Position numbers and translations under genes: made by a program. Shown piece by piece: positions 11,852-24,874 of a DNA stretch of 64,000 nucleotides. Source of the DNA: Seison nebaliae (lineage: Eukaryota). Under the pieces are notes generated by a model. It ran no database searches and had not been told where the DNA came from. It saw nothing but the letters and a program-made list of their open reading frames with translations. Numbering within the stretch: position 1 is the stretch's first letter; the number at the start of each line of letters is the position of its first letter. Location of the stretch: positions 1 to 64,000 of the forward strand of contig JALJEE010003244.1 of assembly GCA_023231475.1 (NCBI GenBank), in the 5' to 3' direction.

Positions 11852-14404
11852 TTATTCTGATTTGTTGACATTTGTCTCCGTTTCGTCCGTCCCTGTCGAT
11901 TTGAGAGATTCGGATTTATCCAATACTTTTACTGTGTTCTCCACTGCTGTAAATGAGGGATGACGTGACGAATGACTGAAATTGGTAGGTGCATTAATCG
12001 GTGCATAAATGACCCCGGATGACGTCCTGTACAACCATTGGCCGCCATTCGAATTGGGCGATGTGGTACCGACACATTTGGTGGTGGAGATTCTCAACGG
12101 AGCTTCAGATGCTCCTTCCGAATTAGCGTCTTCTATAAAATCTTCGCTTTTAATCGATTCCTGTCGCATTCGTAATTGTTGGGGGTCGAATGGGCGGAAT
12201 TCATTCGGTAATGTTTGAAAATCGGGATACCAAGGGTCAAAATTGCGCACTTCGGGATGATATGGGGCTTGGAATTTCGTATGTTTAATTCGATTAGATT
12301 GTCGTCGATTTTGTGGTAGTATTTTATTTGATGAATTGTAATTATTGTCGTTCTTAAATGAGGGTCGATGAGTTTTTCGGTTCGGTTCTTTTTGTTGCAA
12401 TTTCATTCGTCGTTTCTTCAATTGGCGACTGATGGGTGTGGGTCTCATTTCGAGTTGATGAATTGATTTGGGTAAAGGACATTTTCGTGTTTCCGGTAAC
12501 GTTCTAGCCAACGCACCAAACAAAAGACAGAACATGGCGTAGATTAAACGAGCAGTCCAATCGGAAATATCGATATATTTCGGCGACGAGATTAAAAGTG
12601 CCAAATACGAAAAAGCCACACAAATTCCCATTGAGGAACTTCGTAAGGATGTTGGCATCAATTCCACCGTCCAAATGAACATGACGTCCAATGAAGCGAT
12701 GGCTGATATCTTCCCAAACACATATATACAAAGTAGAGCTAATTGATGGGAACTATCGTCATTCCAATCGCCGATAAACGACGCCATGAGACAAACTTCG
12801 CCGATAATGAGGAAAATGAAGATCGACCATTTTCGTCCAATAAAAGGCGTAAAGAGAAGAACGAGAAGATGCGAGACAAAATGTAACAAATAAAGAATGT
12901 GATAATGTAAGTAGAAATGATGAATTGGTAATTTCATTTCATAATGATCCATCGAACCACTTAACAATGCAGCCGATAACCATAACATGATAAGTACGAA
13001 TAGCGTGTACATAAAGATACTTGATTGGAACATATGGAAGAAGGAATGATTACTCGAAGTGGATTGATAGGAGAGACCATGAACGATGGAATAATATAAT
13101 TTCGTTAATTTCTTCGAGAATTGAATGAAGCAACTATTCTGCAATTCATCCATCGAATTATATTGACTATCCTTTTCATATTCCATTTGTTGATTATATG
13201 AATCATAAACAATCTCTTCATTCGGACCATCATCGTCATCTTCATAATCTTCGAGATTTTTATTATAATATCGAATTAATTTCGTTGCCGATGTTGAGGG
13301 TGGAATTGCTTCACCCTCATAAACATTCGTATTAACTTCTTTTTCTCCTTTTCCCATTTGAATTTCGCTATTCTCACTACTTTTTTTGAAACGATTTTTC
13401 AATTTCTTTTTAAAACTCAAAGTCTTTTTTGAATTATTTGGTGAGAGATTAGATTCGTTCGGTGCCGGTTCCAATAACATCTGTTCCATGTAATCGGCGT
13501 CGAGATCACATTGAATTTGTTTGTTGCGACAAGATCGGAGGAATTGTTTCGCCTCCACGAACTTCTCCTCTAAATTCACTCCGTTTAATGTCGATTGTTT
13601 TTTCAAAATTTCCACGGCTGATCGATAATTCTTTCCCGTCAATAACCAGAAGATACTGATATCATTGAACCAGTAAATGAATGAAATGAGAAAAATGGGA
13701 AAAGAACAGACGATTTGGAGGAATCTCCAATTCATGAGAATCATGGCGATCCATGGAAGAATCATCGTCATGACGGAAGAGAAAATCAATGCCAACATAA
13801 CGAAATGGAGACGATTATCAGAAATGAACATTTCCATAATATAAATAATTCCCAAGAATGGAACGGCACCACTGAAGATTCCCAGAAGGAGTTGAAAGAA
13901 GAGAAATGAAATGAAATCATCACCAACTAATTGAAAGAGACTGATGGAAGCGGCGGAGAGACAGGAAGTCAATAAAGATATTTTCCTTCCAACATTATCG
14001 CCCAAAATGCCGAACATTACCGAACCGATTATCATTCCACTGATATAAGTAATTTTTGCGTCGTTCAATAAACTCCGTTTCTCACAAAACATATCATATT
14101 CACTCGCCACCGTTTCCCCATAATTAGTAGAATAATTATAAATGGAAGAATTTGAATCGATCAATTTCAATTCATTTATCACATATTGATTGGACGGCAC
14201 TTTTATCGTGGTGTTCCCCTCCCTCAACACACAATGATGTGAGGGCAATTGGAGAGTGAAGTCTTGCAATCTCATAAAACAGCCGATGAAAATGCCGAAC
14301 GGAATGGTGAAGATTAACCAACTTCGAATTTGATATTTACCGAATTTCCCGTTGTATGTACTTCGGAGAGCTTTCTCCGTATCGAACGACTTCTTCAACA
14401 CCAT
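11852..14404 (-). CDS. SLC22-family organic ion transporter (MFS), intronless, 850 aa
   Basis: GKFGKYQ N-terminus, TVASEYDMFC, GILGDNVGRK, ELMPTSLRS and LPETRK motifs; about 12 transmembrane segments. Confidence 0.9.
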   Translation of the reverse strand: MVLKKSFDTEKALRSTYNGKFGKYQIRSWLIFTIPFGIFIGCFMRLQDFTLQLPSHHCVLREGNTTIKVPSNQYVINELKLIDSNSSIYNYSTNYGETVASEYDMFCEKRSLLNDAKITYISGMIIGSVMFGILGDNVGRKISLLTSCLSAASISLFQLVGDDFISFLFFQLLLGIFSGAVPFLGIIYIMEMFISDNRLHFVMLALIFSSVMTMILPWIAMILMNWRFLQIVCSFPIFLISFIYWFNDISIFWLLTGKNYRSAVEILKKQSTLNGVNLEEKFVEAKQFLRSCRNKQIQCDLDADYMEQMLLEPAPNESNLSPNNSKKTLSFKKKLKNRFKKSSENSEIQMGKGEKEVNTNVYEGEAIPPSTSATKLIRYYNKNLEDYEDDDDGPNEEIVYDSYNQQMEYEKDSQYNSMDELQNSCFIQFSKKLTKLYYSIVHGLSYQSTSSNHSFFHMFQSSIFMYTLFVLIMLWLSAALLSGSMDHYEMKLPIHHFYLHYHILYLLHFVSHLLVLLFTPFIGRKWSIFIFLIIGEVCLMASFIGDWNDDSSHQLALLCIYVFGKISAIASLDVMFIWTVELMPTSLRSSSMGICVAFSYLALLISSPKYIDISDWTARLIYAMFCLLFGALARTLPETRKCPLPKSIHQLEMRPTPISRQLKKRRMKLQQKEPNRKTHRPSFKNDNNYNSSNKILPQNRRQSNRIKHTKFQAPYHPEVRNFDPWYPDFQTLPNEFRPFDPQQLRMRQESIKSEDFIEDANSEGASEAPLRISTTKCVGTTSPNSNGGQWLYRTSSGVIYAPINAPTNFSHSSRHPSFTAVENTVKVLDKSESLKSTGTDETETNVNKSE

Positions 14405-14719
14405 CTTATTTTTAAATAAACGATTTTTTACTTTTCAGATTAATTTACAAGTAAAAGTTCTATCAATAATATCTTTGGTTGGAGAGAAACATGGAAAAAT
14501 GATAAGTCGGAATAAAATTAGTGGAAGAACTCACATTGTCTCGAAGGTAGACGCTTATCATTCTAATATTTCGAATTTATCCTACTCTCGTAAAAGAGTT
14601 AAACTTTTCAAAATCATCATCTATACCATCGTCAAAATTTATCGCACAACAAAAACTTTTTCCAAACAGTTGCACCAGTGTAGCATATATATATAGCATA
14701 GACAACGTTACTACTAAAA

Positions 14720-17604
14720 ATGCCGACGACCTCCTCAGTTAATTTCCTCGAGACATGTAATAAATGAAAGATTTAATCGAAATAGGTTTCGTCCGACGAA
14801 GAGACACCTCGAGTGGCTACCACTACACCCTATGAGAAGACGGCGGCACCTAAAAAAAAGCCAAGTTTCCCCTCAACTTCTCGACGAGGACGCGCTTAAG
14901 AAAGTCCATTTTAGAGAACTTCGTCTACCGAATTAGCACTCGATTTGTCGAACACAAAGTTTTCCAGACATTCATCTTTCTCGTTATTCTTGTCAATACG
15001 GGACTACTGATCGTAGAGACATTCGAAAGTATCAATATTCGTTACTCGTATTACTTTCTTATTGTGGATGATATTTTTTTCGCCGTATACTTTTTCGAAG
15101 CAATCATGAAGGTTACGTCATCAACGTTTAATTTGAAATTCATCTCGTCCCAATTTTACATGTTGGGAGGGAATGAGAATTAAGTCGGTCTCATTTCATC
15201 ATTCATTTCAAGGAAACTCACTCTCACTCATTTATGATATGGGAAGTGAGAGGAGAATGAATGAGAAATGTTTGAGGAGGAAACACATCACCAAATTGAG
15301 AATTTATAGAGTCGAGAGGGAATTCATTAACATACAGCCCGTGTCCGTCATTCAATGAAACTTCTCATATCAATTGAGAAGGAATGACCAATATAGGGGG
15401 AAAGTAGTGAAGAATGAGTGATAAGCAAATACATTCTCCATGTACAGAGAGTATACCATAACCATGTATAACCATAAGAGGAAAAAGATCAGAGGAGAAC
15501 TAACATGACGCTACGTATACAGTTGAATTGAGAGAGATGACTATTGGTACTCAGATTATTATTAAGATTCTTAAGATAGATTCTAGCTCAAGACATTATC
15601 CGATATAATCTCTCTTAAGGTTCATCGTTTCTTTCTCATTGAGAAAGAATTAAAATTAGTTGATCGAAAACATAAAATAAAGTCAATTTCCTTTTTCTCC
15701 ATTCCTCCTTCTCCCCTTCCCATCAATATAACAAACAATTAAAATGATAAGATTAATTGAATAATTATTAATCAGAGAACTGATAACATGAATGAGCGAC
15801 TTAATTAACAAGTATCATTTCTTCCATTTCTTCTTCATTCCTTCTTCTCCTCCATTCATTCCAAAAAAAATTAACTTCATTTAAACTACAATAAAATTTC
15901 TAGGAAGACTATTAGCCTAATAGTATTAGGTATTAGGTATTAAGTATTAGTTTGGATGAATTTGAATGAATAATTTTGAATATATTTCAGATTTACGTTT
16001 ACCGATTGAAATATTTCAAGAGCATCATGAACTTACTTGACTTTTTCATCGTCAGTTTCTCTTGTCTCAATATCGCCATGACAATTACGCAAGATATTAT
16101 GCGACGATTATCTGATGAGAATAAAGAAATCAAGTCAGTGATGTCTAAGGATCGATTCTACATCTTTCGAGTGTTCCGTGTGTTTCGCGGGTTTCGCGCA
16201 TTGCGCGCATTGCGAGTCCTCCGCACTATTCGTTTCATGCGTTCGTTACAGATCATCCTGAAAACGATGTTACTCTCCATCCAGTCGATGTTAGCTATTC
16301 TGGTATTGATGTTAATTTTCTTGTATATTTTCGCGGTGATCGGCCGCGGAGTCTTCTCACAAATCGATCAAATTCGATTCGGCAATCTCTATCAGGCCAT
16401 TTTCACTCTCTTCCAAATTCTCACACTCGACGACTGGGTGTTCATTTATCGAGATAACGAGAATAACGGATGGAAATCGGCATTCCTCATTACTTTCCTC
16501 ATTACATATCTCGTCATCGAATACTTCATTTTTCTCAATTTGTTCGTTGCCGTTCTAGTAGATAATTTTCAATTATCTATCGATTGTGCAGCGAAAGAGG
16601 ATGAAGAACAGAGGAAGAAAAATGTTATTTCTTTTTTCTTCATTCAAATTAATCTCTCCAAATCATTCGCCATCATTCTTCCCCGTCCGCCCATATATCG
16701 ATAGACGACGGAATTAGATGAATTAAGAGCTGGAGTCGAATCGGCGAGTGGTGGAGAGAGAGCCGGTAAACGATCATCGACTAATATTAATATAAATTAT
16801 AATAACATTAGCGAGATGGATGCTATGATTGAAAAATCAGAAGAAGAGTCAACGGAAAGTACAAAAGGGAAAAAACCGAATCGATCCATTTATGAACGTC
16901 TCCCTAATAAGAATGAGAATAATAAAAATGAGAATAATGACACATTAGACGAGAATGACCAGATTGATGATGGTGAAGAGGAAAAGAATAAAAGTGAAGC
17001 GAGTGCAATAAAAGCGATAAAGGATTTATGGAAATCAGGAATTCCACATCTCCACGCCTTAAAGAATTGGAATGAAAATCAAGCGGCTGATCGAACGAAT
17101 TATCTGAGTGCGTCCGACGGAAATGAAACGGAACAAACGGACTTCGGACATGGAGCGGCCTTGAAAGTCTATTCGAAGACATATGCGAAAGATATGCTGA
17201 TGAATAATGCGGTGCAGAATCTGGATAATCTTCTAACAAACTACGCTAAACTCGTCTATGCCACCAATCAACAGAGTGGATACAATTTACAGGATGTACA
17301 TAACGATAATTTGACAGATCTTCATCAACGAGCACAAGGTAATATTAAATCCGTTCTCAACCGAAGAAAAATGCACGGAGAGATCCATTCGGAAGTAAAC
17401 GACGAAACCGTTCAAGAGGCCTACCTCCATCACACCAAAACGACAATGGATCAATGTTTTAGTTCTAACACAGAAGCCGAAAGAGATCTACTCGGAAATC
17501 ATTTGATGTTATTGAGCTCGCTCGAATATCATTCGCATATGTTGGAGGAGCAACACAATCTCTCTCGGCGACTCGTCCAAATTTGTGGACTGGAAACCGA
17601 TTAA
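14720..17604 (+). CDS. CATSPER1: CatSper1-like sperm cation channel alpha subunit (5 exons)
   Basis: Single 6TM channel with an Arg-rich S4, pore motif TLDDW (16423-16437), FLNLFVAVLVDNFQ S6 and a CatSper1-like C-terminal helix. Introns 14738-14785, 14865-14914, 15112-15990, 16624-16704. Confidence 0.85.
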
Positions 17605-17977
17605 ATGATAATTCCCGTAGAACTACACTCTAGGAGTGAAAGCACTACAGGATGAAGAGTAGAAAATCAATAAATTTTTTAAATTTAAATAAATAAAACA
17701 AATTTCGCTTATGAGAAAACAAAATGAAAGAGTTCCTTCCTTCGTTAAAATTAACAATAAATCGAAACTTTTTTAAAAAGAGAATAGTTCTGGGATCGAT
17801 ATTTATAATTTGAGTACAGATTTAGAGAAATCGTTTGGTGTCGGAATAAATCGGATAGATAGACTAAGAGAGAATCGATGATTAATCGACATAAAATCTC
17901 ATCAATTTAAATAGTTTCCTTCGAATTCGTCTCGTATGTTCGTACCGTGGGCATAGTTTGTGTAGGTGTGTGGATGT

Positions 17978-18025
17978 GTATGTGTGAGTGTGTGTGTGTG
18001 TGGGTGTGTGTGTGTGTGTGTGTGG
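17978..18025. repeat. (TG)n microsatellite
   Basis: Seen directly in the sequence. Confidence 0.9.
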
Positions 18026-18276
18026 TGAGAGTAAAGGAAGCAGATATGTGGAAGAAAAATTTAAAAGAAAAAACTAGTTTTTTGGGACAAAGATTTTTTT
18101 TTTGGGAGGAGAATAAGCTGCGAAAGTTTTTGTAAGGTCTTTATGAATAATTGTGTTATTATTGTGCTGATATTGTGTTTTATTTTGTGTTGGTATTGTG
18201 TTGATATTGTTTGTTTTGGTACGAATATGGCATCAGATGATGAGTGAAAAGAAAAGCTGACAATATATGGGACGAA

Positions 18277-18953
18277 TTAAGTGGCAGTTCGAGACGAGAT
18301 ACAAGAGAAATGTTTCTGTAGTTTAGACCATCGTCGTCTGGTGGTTATGGGAGTGCCAATGACTTGGAGACGACTGGGGGCGACCATTCGTGAAAGATCG
18401 GTGAGAACTCGTTCGAGATCGACATCACCATCACATACGACAAATGAGATGTCTTCTAACTTCTTCTCTCGATAGGCGGATCGTATGAGATCTTTATATG
18501 GAACGAAATCTTTCTTCATGAAATCCTTTTCCGCCTTCAATGAATTGGCGATGGCTATAGTGGGATGATTGATGGATGAGAAATGATTATGAGTTATCCC
18601 ATCATTCTGTTGATGTTGTTGTTGTTGTTGTTGTTGTTGTTTGAGTGGTAATGTTATTGATGGTGTGATGGAGGCGGGACGCGAATGATGAGATGTCGTC
18701 GACATTGATGGATTTTGTTGATGTCTATACTGTTGATGGTGTTGTTGTTGTTGTTTCAATTGACGATAATTCTGTTGTTGTTGTTGTTGGGAATTCATGA
18801 AATTTTCAACTGTTCGATTACAAAGTGAATAATCTGAATTATTCTCATTTGAATAATCGATATCATTTTCCGTTTTATTCTCATCTTCCATCATTAACGT
18901 CAAATTTTTATGATGCATTTTATTATTACTATTCATCGGAGTCATACTACCAA

Positions 18954-18993
<40 letters not shown>

Positions 18994-19896
18994 GTTGTTG
19001 TTGTTGTTGTTGTTGTATCGTGTTTTACTAAAACCGGAAATTGATCGTGTAGGTCGAGTGGTGGATGTCATGGAACTAGTCATAAACTCGTCAGCGATCG
19101 ATCGATGTTTCGGTCTTTTCTGAACGAATTTTGATTGATAATTTAATTTCTCATTCATTTGTTCTTTCGCCAATCGTTTTTCGTCGAGAATGGAAGATAT
19201 CTCATTATAATCCGTATTCGCCATCAAATCATCGAAAGTGCCAGGTGCCAAGAAGAATTCTTCGTTGCCCGTTCGCAAAGTATTTACATTGATGATGATT
19301 GAATGGACATTCTTCCCTTTCCCATTCTTCTTCGGGGACAATTCGTCAGTGTTCGGATGACCAAAAATCAATTGAGGTCGTCGAAGGACTTGTTTATTCT
19401 TCGTTTTAACTGACATGCTCTCTAGATTCTCGTTCACATTCTCCACTTTCTTCTTCCGCAACATCATTAACATCTCTTCTTCGTCGATCTTTCTCAGATT
19501 AGCTTGTCTTTCAATTTCATATGAATCCTCTTCTCTCACCATCATTCTCGTCCCACCGCCATTCTCATTCAATTGATGTTGTTGCTCTTGGAGACGTTGT
19601 AATTGTTGAGCGTAAGTAAAGGACGATGAACGATCATGTCCGACAGAGATCTCTTCGAACGAATTCTTCATCTCTTCTCTCGATCTTCTAATAAATTCAT
19701 TGCCGTTCAACCGACCATCATCAACATTCTCTTCATTAAATTTTCGTTCTCTCTCTTCTTGTTGTTGTTGTTGTTTTTGTCGTCGATCGTTAACATGATT
19801 ATTCGCATTGAGTAAGGTCGTTTGACTGGATAAATTTAATAAATGGTTCGTTGACGGTCGTTCGTCGTCTTCTTCGTCGTTACAATTCTCTTTCAT
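18277..19896 (-). CDS. Hypothetical low-complexity protein (poly-Q/poly-N), 539 aa
   Basis: Long uninterrupted ORF with in-frame triplet repeats and a complex C-terminal region of about 80 aa. No family recognised. Confidence 0.7.
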
Positions 19897-20748
19897 AATT
19901 TTACGATGAACAAATTGTCTTAATCGATTTTTCTCTTATTGGTAATTGAGTCAACTATTCTCCATCATCATTATGTTTTAACGATAATGATATTCCATTT
20001 ACTCTTCTTTATACTCTCACTAAATTTTCCTTCGAAATTCACTAATCGAGAAACGATTAAGCTTATCTCGCATCAAAATACACTCGACTTATCCAACATC
20101 AAATTCTCTCGTTTATTCTATGAATAATTCTCGCTGTGAGAAATGAATGAAAGTCTAGAATGAATGAAAATCGATGAAAAAAGTTGGGGAATTTTCTGCT
20201 GGAAACAAAAAAACGGAAGTAGAAGATGAATAAGAACTTGATACAAAGAACGAAAAGATATGAGAAAACTTCTTCTTTCCGTATCGACTCTTCAATAAAA
20301 CAAATTCCTCCTCTCTCACTTTGCCACTCTCGAAAAACGAAAAGACTTTTCTTTATTTATTTTTTTCTTTCTTTCTTTCTTTCAATTCACCACCAAATAT
20401 CAATCAATCTAAATTAACTACATTCTGCTCCAATCAATATAAATTAGAAGGAGAATTTCACTCCAAAATTAATTGTGTGCTACATCGGTCCAACTGTCTC
20501 TCTCAAAATTTTACCTCCTGAACTTCACCGCATCATCAACTTTAATTAAATGTCCATATTAAACAACTATTCGGTATTTGTGGAAATGAACAATCATTCC
20601 ATTGATAAGCATAGCATAGCATTTCTCATACGGATCGATTTCTCCATCTGTCTTTTTCTCCACCGTCGATAGTGAAATAAATGGTCAACAATTTTCTTCA
20701 TCGCTATAGAACTACCAAAATCGATTTCTTTATGAGATGCCAATTCTC

Positions 20749-21110
20749 GACACACACACACACACACACACACACCAAATGTTCACACGAGATTTCCATC
20801 GTTCTCCTGGAACCAGTTCGACTAGCTGATAAGTTAATAGATGTGTAAACAGACACACATCGATGGATGGGCCGAAGTAAATTTTATTAATTAGAAACGA
20901 GCGACAACAAGTTGAAATAATGGAATAATCATTTTGAGAACAAGCACAACTCGACACATTACTTCGCCCGTTTCGGCCCCTTTCTCTTTAATTAAGACGC
21001 GGAAATTCCCCCCCAAAAAATAGACAATGTCGATAGACTTACATAGATACTTATGTGTGTGTGTGTGTATATATAGAGATATGTCATCATTATCGTAGTA
21101 TTTATTCCAT

Positions 21111-21141
<31 letters not shown>

Positions 21142-21160
21142 AACACACACAAACACACAG
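20749..21160. repeat. Cluster of (CA)n, (TG)n and (CA)n microsatellites
   Basis: (CA)n at about 20749-20775, (TG)n at about 21054-21068, (CA)n at about 21113-21160. Confidence 0.85.
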
Positions 21161-22702
21161 AGAGACACACGGAGAAACAGACAAGCAGAAGAAGAGAATG
21201 ATGAGAAGATGAGGACAGACAGTAGGGGAAATATGTGGAAGAAGAAAAGAAGAGAATCAAAATTGGAATAAGTTCATTTTGGTGACATTCACATTTGCAT
21301 CGACCACCGCAACTATTACTCATGATAATCATTATCATCAGGCAGCGCATTGTATTAAATAAATTATATTAATTTATCGTTTCCTCTCCAACCTATTCCT
21401 CATCTACATAATGTGCCTCTTCTCTCGCTTCTCCCCCGACTTTTACGTAACTCCATTTCCTAAATTAACCGAACTACTTTCCTCTATTTATTCTAATTTT
21501 CTTTTTTTTTTGTTTTCTTCTTCATTCTCCCATCTACACATAGGAAGTCGGTTCGGGCGACCGAAGAGAAGAAAAAGGAGGAGGAAGGGAGTGAGTGAGT
21601 GAGTGGAGAGAATTATATGAATTTCATTATATTCTCATGTTCATTCTCTCCCGACCTACATGTATTACATGAATGATGAAGTTATGATTATTTGTGTTGA
21701 AGAAAATTTAAAAGATTTTTTTATTCTGCTCCAAAAAAAAATAATTGTAAAAGAAGATAAATGATGATTATGATAAATTGAATATTCTATTCATTCATAT
21801 TGGCTTGAATTCCAATTATACTTCTTACAAAATTCCCAATATCTTCATTGTCTTCTTTTTCCGTTTTGGCGAACTTATCTTCATTCTTCCGCTCCTCTAT
21901 GCCATCTCTTTCTCCTTCCTTCTGGCTATCACATCAACTATCAACAACACCACCATCTCCTCCTTCGTGAGCTGATGCCGCTTCAAGCTATCAATACAAT
22001 AAACACATATACCATCCCCACGATCAAGAAATTCGCTTTTCACAACATATATTTTACCCCCCTCCCCTCACCAAACACAAATTACATACCCACAATTTTT
22101 AATCGTTCTCCTTCCACCGCCACCACCACTCCCACCACCATCTCATTCGAATTAGACGATGAATTCATCTCTCTTTCAAAATATCGATCGATTCCGTTAT
22201 GATGGTTTCGACTGATGGAAATGAAGGAGAGATAAATAGATATCGGAAATCAGTATTCATCTTCTCACTTCCTTTCTATTTCTCTATCTCTCTCTCTCTC
22301 TCTCTCATTCGGGATAACATTAGTTTAATTTTCAAATTTATTTTTGATGAAATTAATTGATTATCGATCTGAAGGAGAAAATGGAGGGGGGCAAGATCGT
22401 TAGTTCGTTTCGCAATCGAGTAGTTGGAATGAATGTGAAATTGAAAGAAAGAAAAAGATATTGTAAAACAGAAATGATCGCTTGATATGGTGTGAGTGGA
22501 ATGTGTTGATGGTTTTTTCTCCGTCTTGCTTCCCAATATCATATTAAGGAATATATTAATATTTTAGAGATCTTCTTTCTTCCCTTCTCTCAAATTGGTT
22601 GTTGGGTGAGATAGAAAATTTTCATTATTCTCATCGGAAAAAAGGAAGAAAATAATGCTTCACCGATAACTATAATTTGTGTATAAACTGTTTAATTTGT
22701 GT

Positions 22703-24363
22703 TTAATAGTAAGTGGAAATCTTCATCAATTTCGCTATTGCCGGCGAAGTGAATCGCTTTCGTATAACAACCAAAATGAACATAGGAATTAACGTTAGAA
22801 TAACGAGAACTGTTACTTTCCATGCGAAGGCACCGGATAGAATGAAGGAATGATCTAAAAAAGACAGAAATGTAAGTGAGGAAGAGATGATAATGGGAGG
22901 AAATACAAACCGAAATACTGATGATAAAAAATAATTGTTGCCAGATAGAAGGATAATGAAAGAAAGGAAGATAATGGCATTAATGGAATATGCCATGTTC
23001 GAATCGTCAATGCAACCATCAACAATTCGGTGAGTATAAGTGCAGAGAATGTCAATGAAATTAATTGATTTTTAGTCGTTTCACCAATCTCATTATTATT
23101 TGCAGTATCGAACATTACATGATCTACTTTGTCATATTTCAATAATTGCCATCCACCATACATGATGCCAAATCCTGCAGGAAATCAAAATGATGAAAAT
23201 AATTAAAAATAATAATTTGAAGAATAATTTAAATAATTTCCAGAGTAGATTAATCGTGTCGTAAATGAAGACAAACCTTGAATCGTGGAGATGATGACCC
23301 AAATGAGAAATGTCTTTATCGATAACGGTCGTTCCTTTTCACAAAGAGAGAGAGAGAGAGAGAGAGTGATTGAGAGGAGAAAGATGGAATTGAACTTGAT
23401 TAATCTGTTTATAGAAGAGAGGATAATTCAAGGCAATTTGACTAGTTATATCGCGATCGAGTACTAGAGAGAAGACGGGGAACATCGTATAAAGTGTGGC
23501 ATATCTATGGAAAATATAATGATATTGTGACCGTTTTGTGATGATATTGGAAAAAGTTAACCCGATTAAGAGAAGTCCAGGATATAATGATTTAGATGTG
23601 TAATGATTCAAAAGAGAGAAAATTATTTGAATCGTTGTTAAAATGAGACCACGATGCATGACGAATTGAGAGAGTGAGGCAGTTCTCTTGTACGAATGAC
23701 GACCATGAATCAGCATGAGGGGAATGATATGAGAGAATTGAATGAGACTGAAATCGGCCGCCAAACTGGCTTGTTCGCCTTCTTTTCCCACTAAACCGAT
23801 GCCAATGTTCGCCGCTTGAATCATCGAAACGTCATTTCCACCATCACCGATGGCAGCGACGGTGCCATCTAATCGTGATCGATGCTCACTCAACATGATC
23901 ATGTTAGTGATCTCGTTGTATGGTGAGATGGATGGTGCGTCGATGGATGGTGTGTCGATGGATCGATCACGTCCTTTATTCATAATCATCTCTTCGCCAC
24001 CATCCAAATATTGGGAAGATTTTCTCTTATCGATTTGTATCAATTCGTCCACATTCGTCGATTGAGCCGACTGATTCTGATATGATGAATATTGACGTAA
24101 TTTATGTTGTTGTTGTTTCTTCCCTTTGCAACATCTCTTCCACAACAGACAACGAACACAACAACACAAATGGAATGACATCGGACAAGAAGAGAAGAGT
24201 GATGAATTCATAATATTGAACCAGAGACGTCTCCAAATAATTTCATTACGATTCTGAAATGACGGATTCACTTTCGTCCCTTGTCGTTCCAATTCATTAT
24301 TCTGTTGTTGTACATCGATTACGAGACGGGTATTCGATGATGCAGGTATATCTTGTTGAAAAT

Positions 24364-24394
<31 letters not shown>

Positions 24395-24840
24395 CGGTTC
24401 TTGTTGTTGTTGTTGTTGTTGTTGGAAGATGGTTAATGAAGAAAGTGAATAATCTTTCAAATTCGTTAGAAATTCGGCAGCTAACGCTTTCTGTGTAGGA
24501 GCACAACGAGCGACAACGACAGCCGTTGGACATTGAAGAATGAGTCGAGCGAAATCGAATGGACATCTTTGTAACATCGTCTCCAATGTGGTACCGGAGA
24601 TGGCGAGTGCCACACTGTTCAATTGCGTGCCACCAATATCGTGAATGTTGCGAGTATCGTTCATTGTGCGACGACCGTCTTGATTTCGATTGAATGTTCT
24701 CAGATCAAAATTATCGATTTTTGAATTGAATTGATTCGTTGAATCATTATTCGTATTCATCATCGTTGGATTGTAGAGGAGTGATAAAACGCCCTCCTTC
24801 GTCTGAGTATTCAAACGAACATGTTCATTATTATTATTAA

Positions 24841-24874
<34 letters not shown>

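Noticed and set aside
15920..15952. (TATTAGG)n as telomeric repeat (also near 36712-36730)
   Set aside because: Only 3-4 degenerate 7-mer copies at internal positions.
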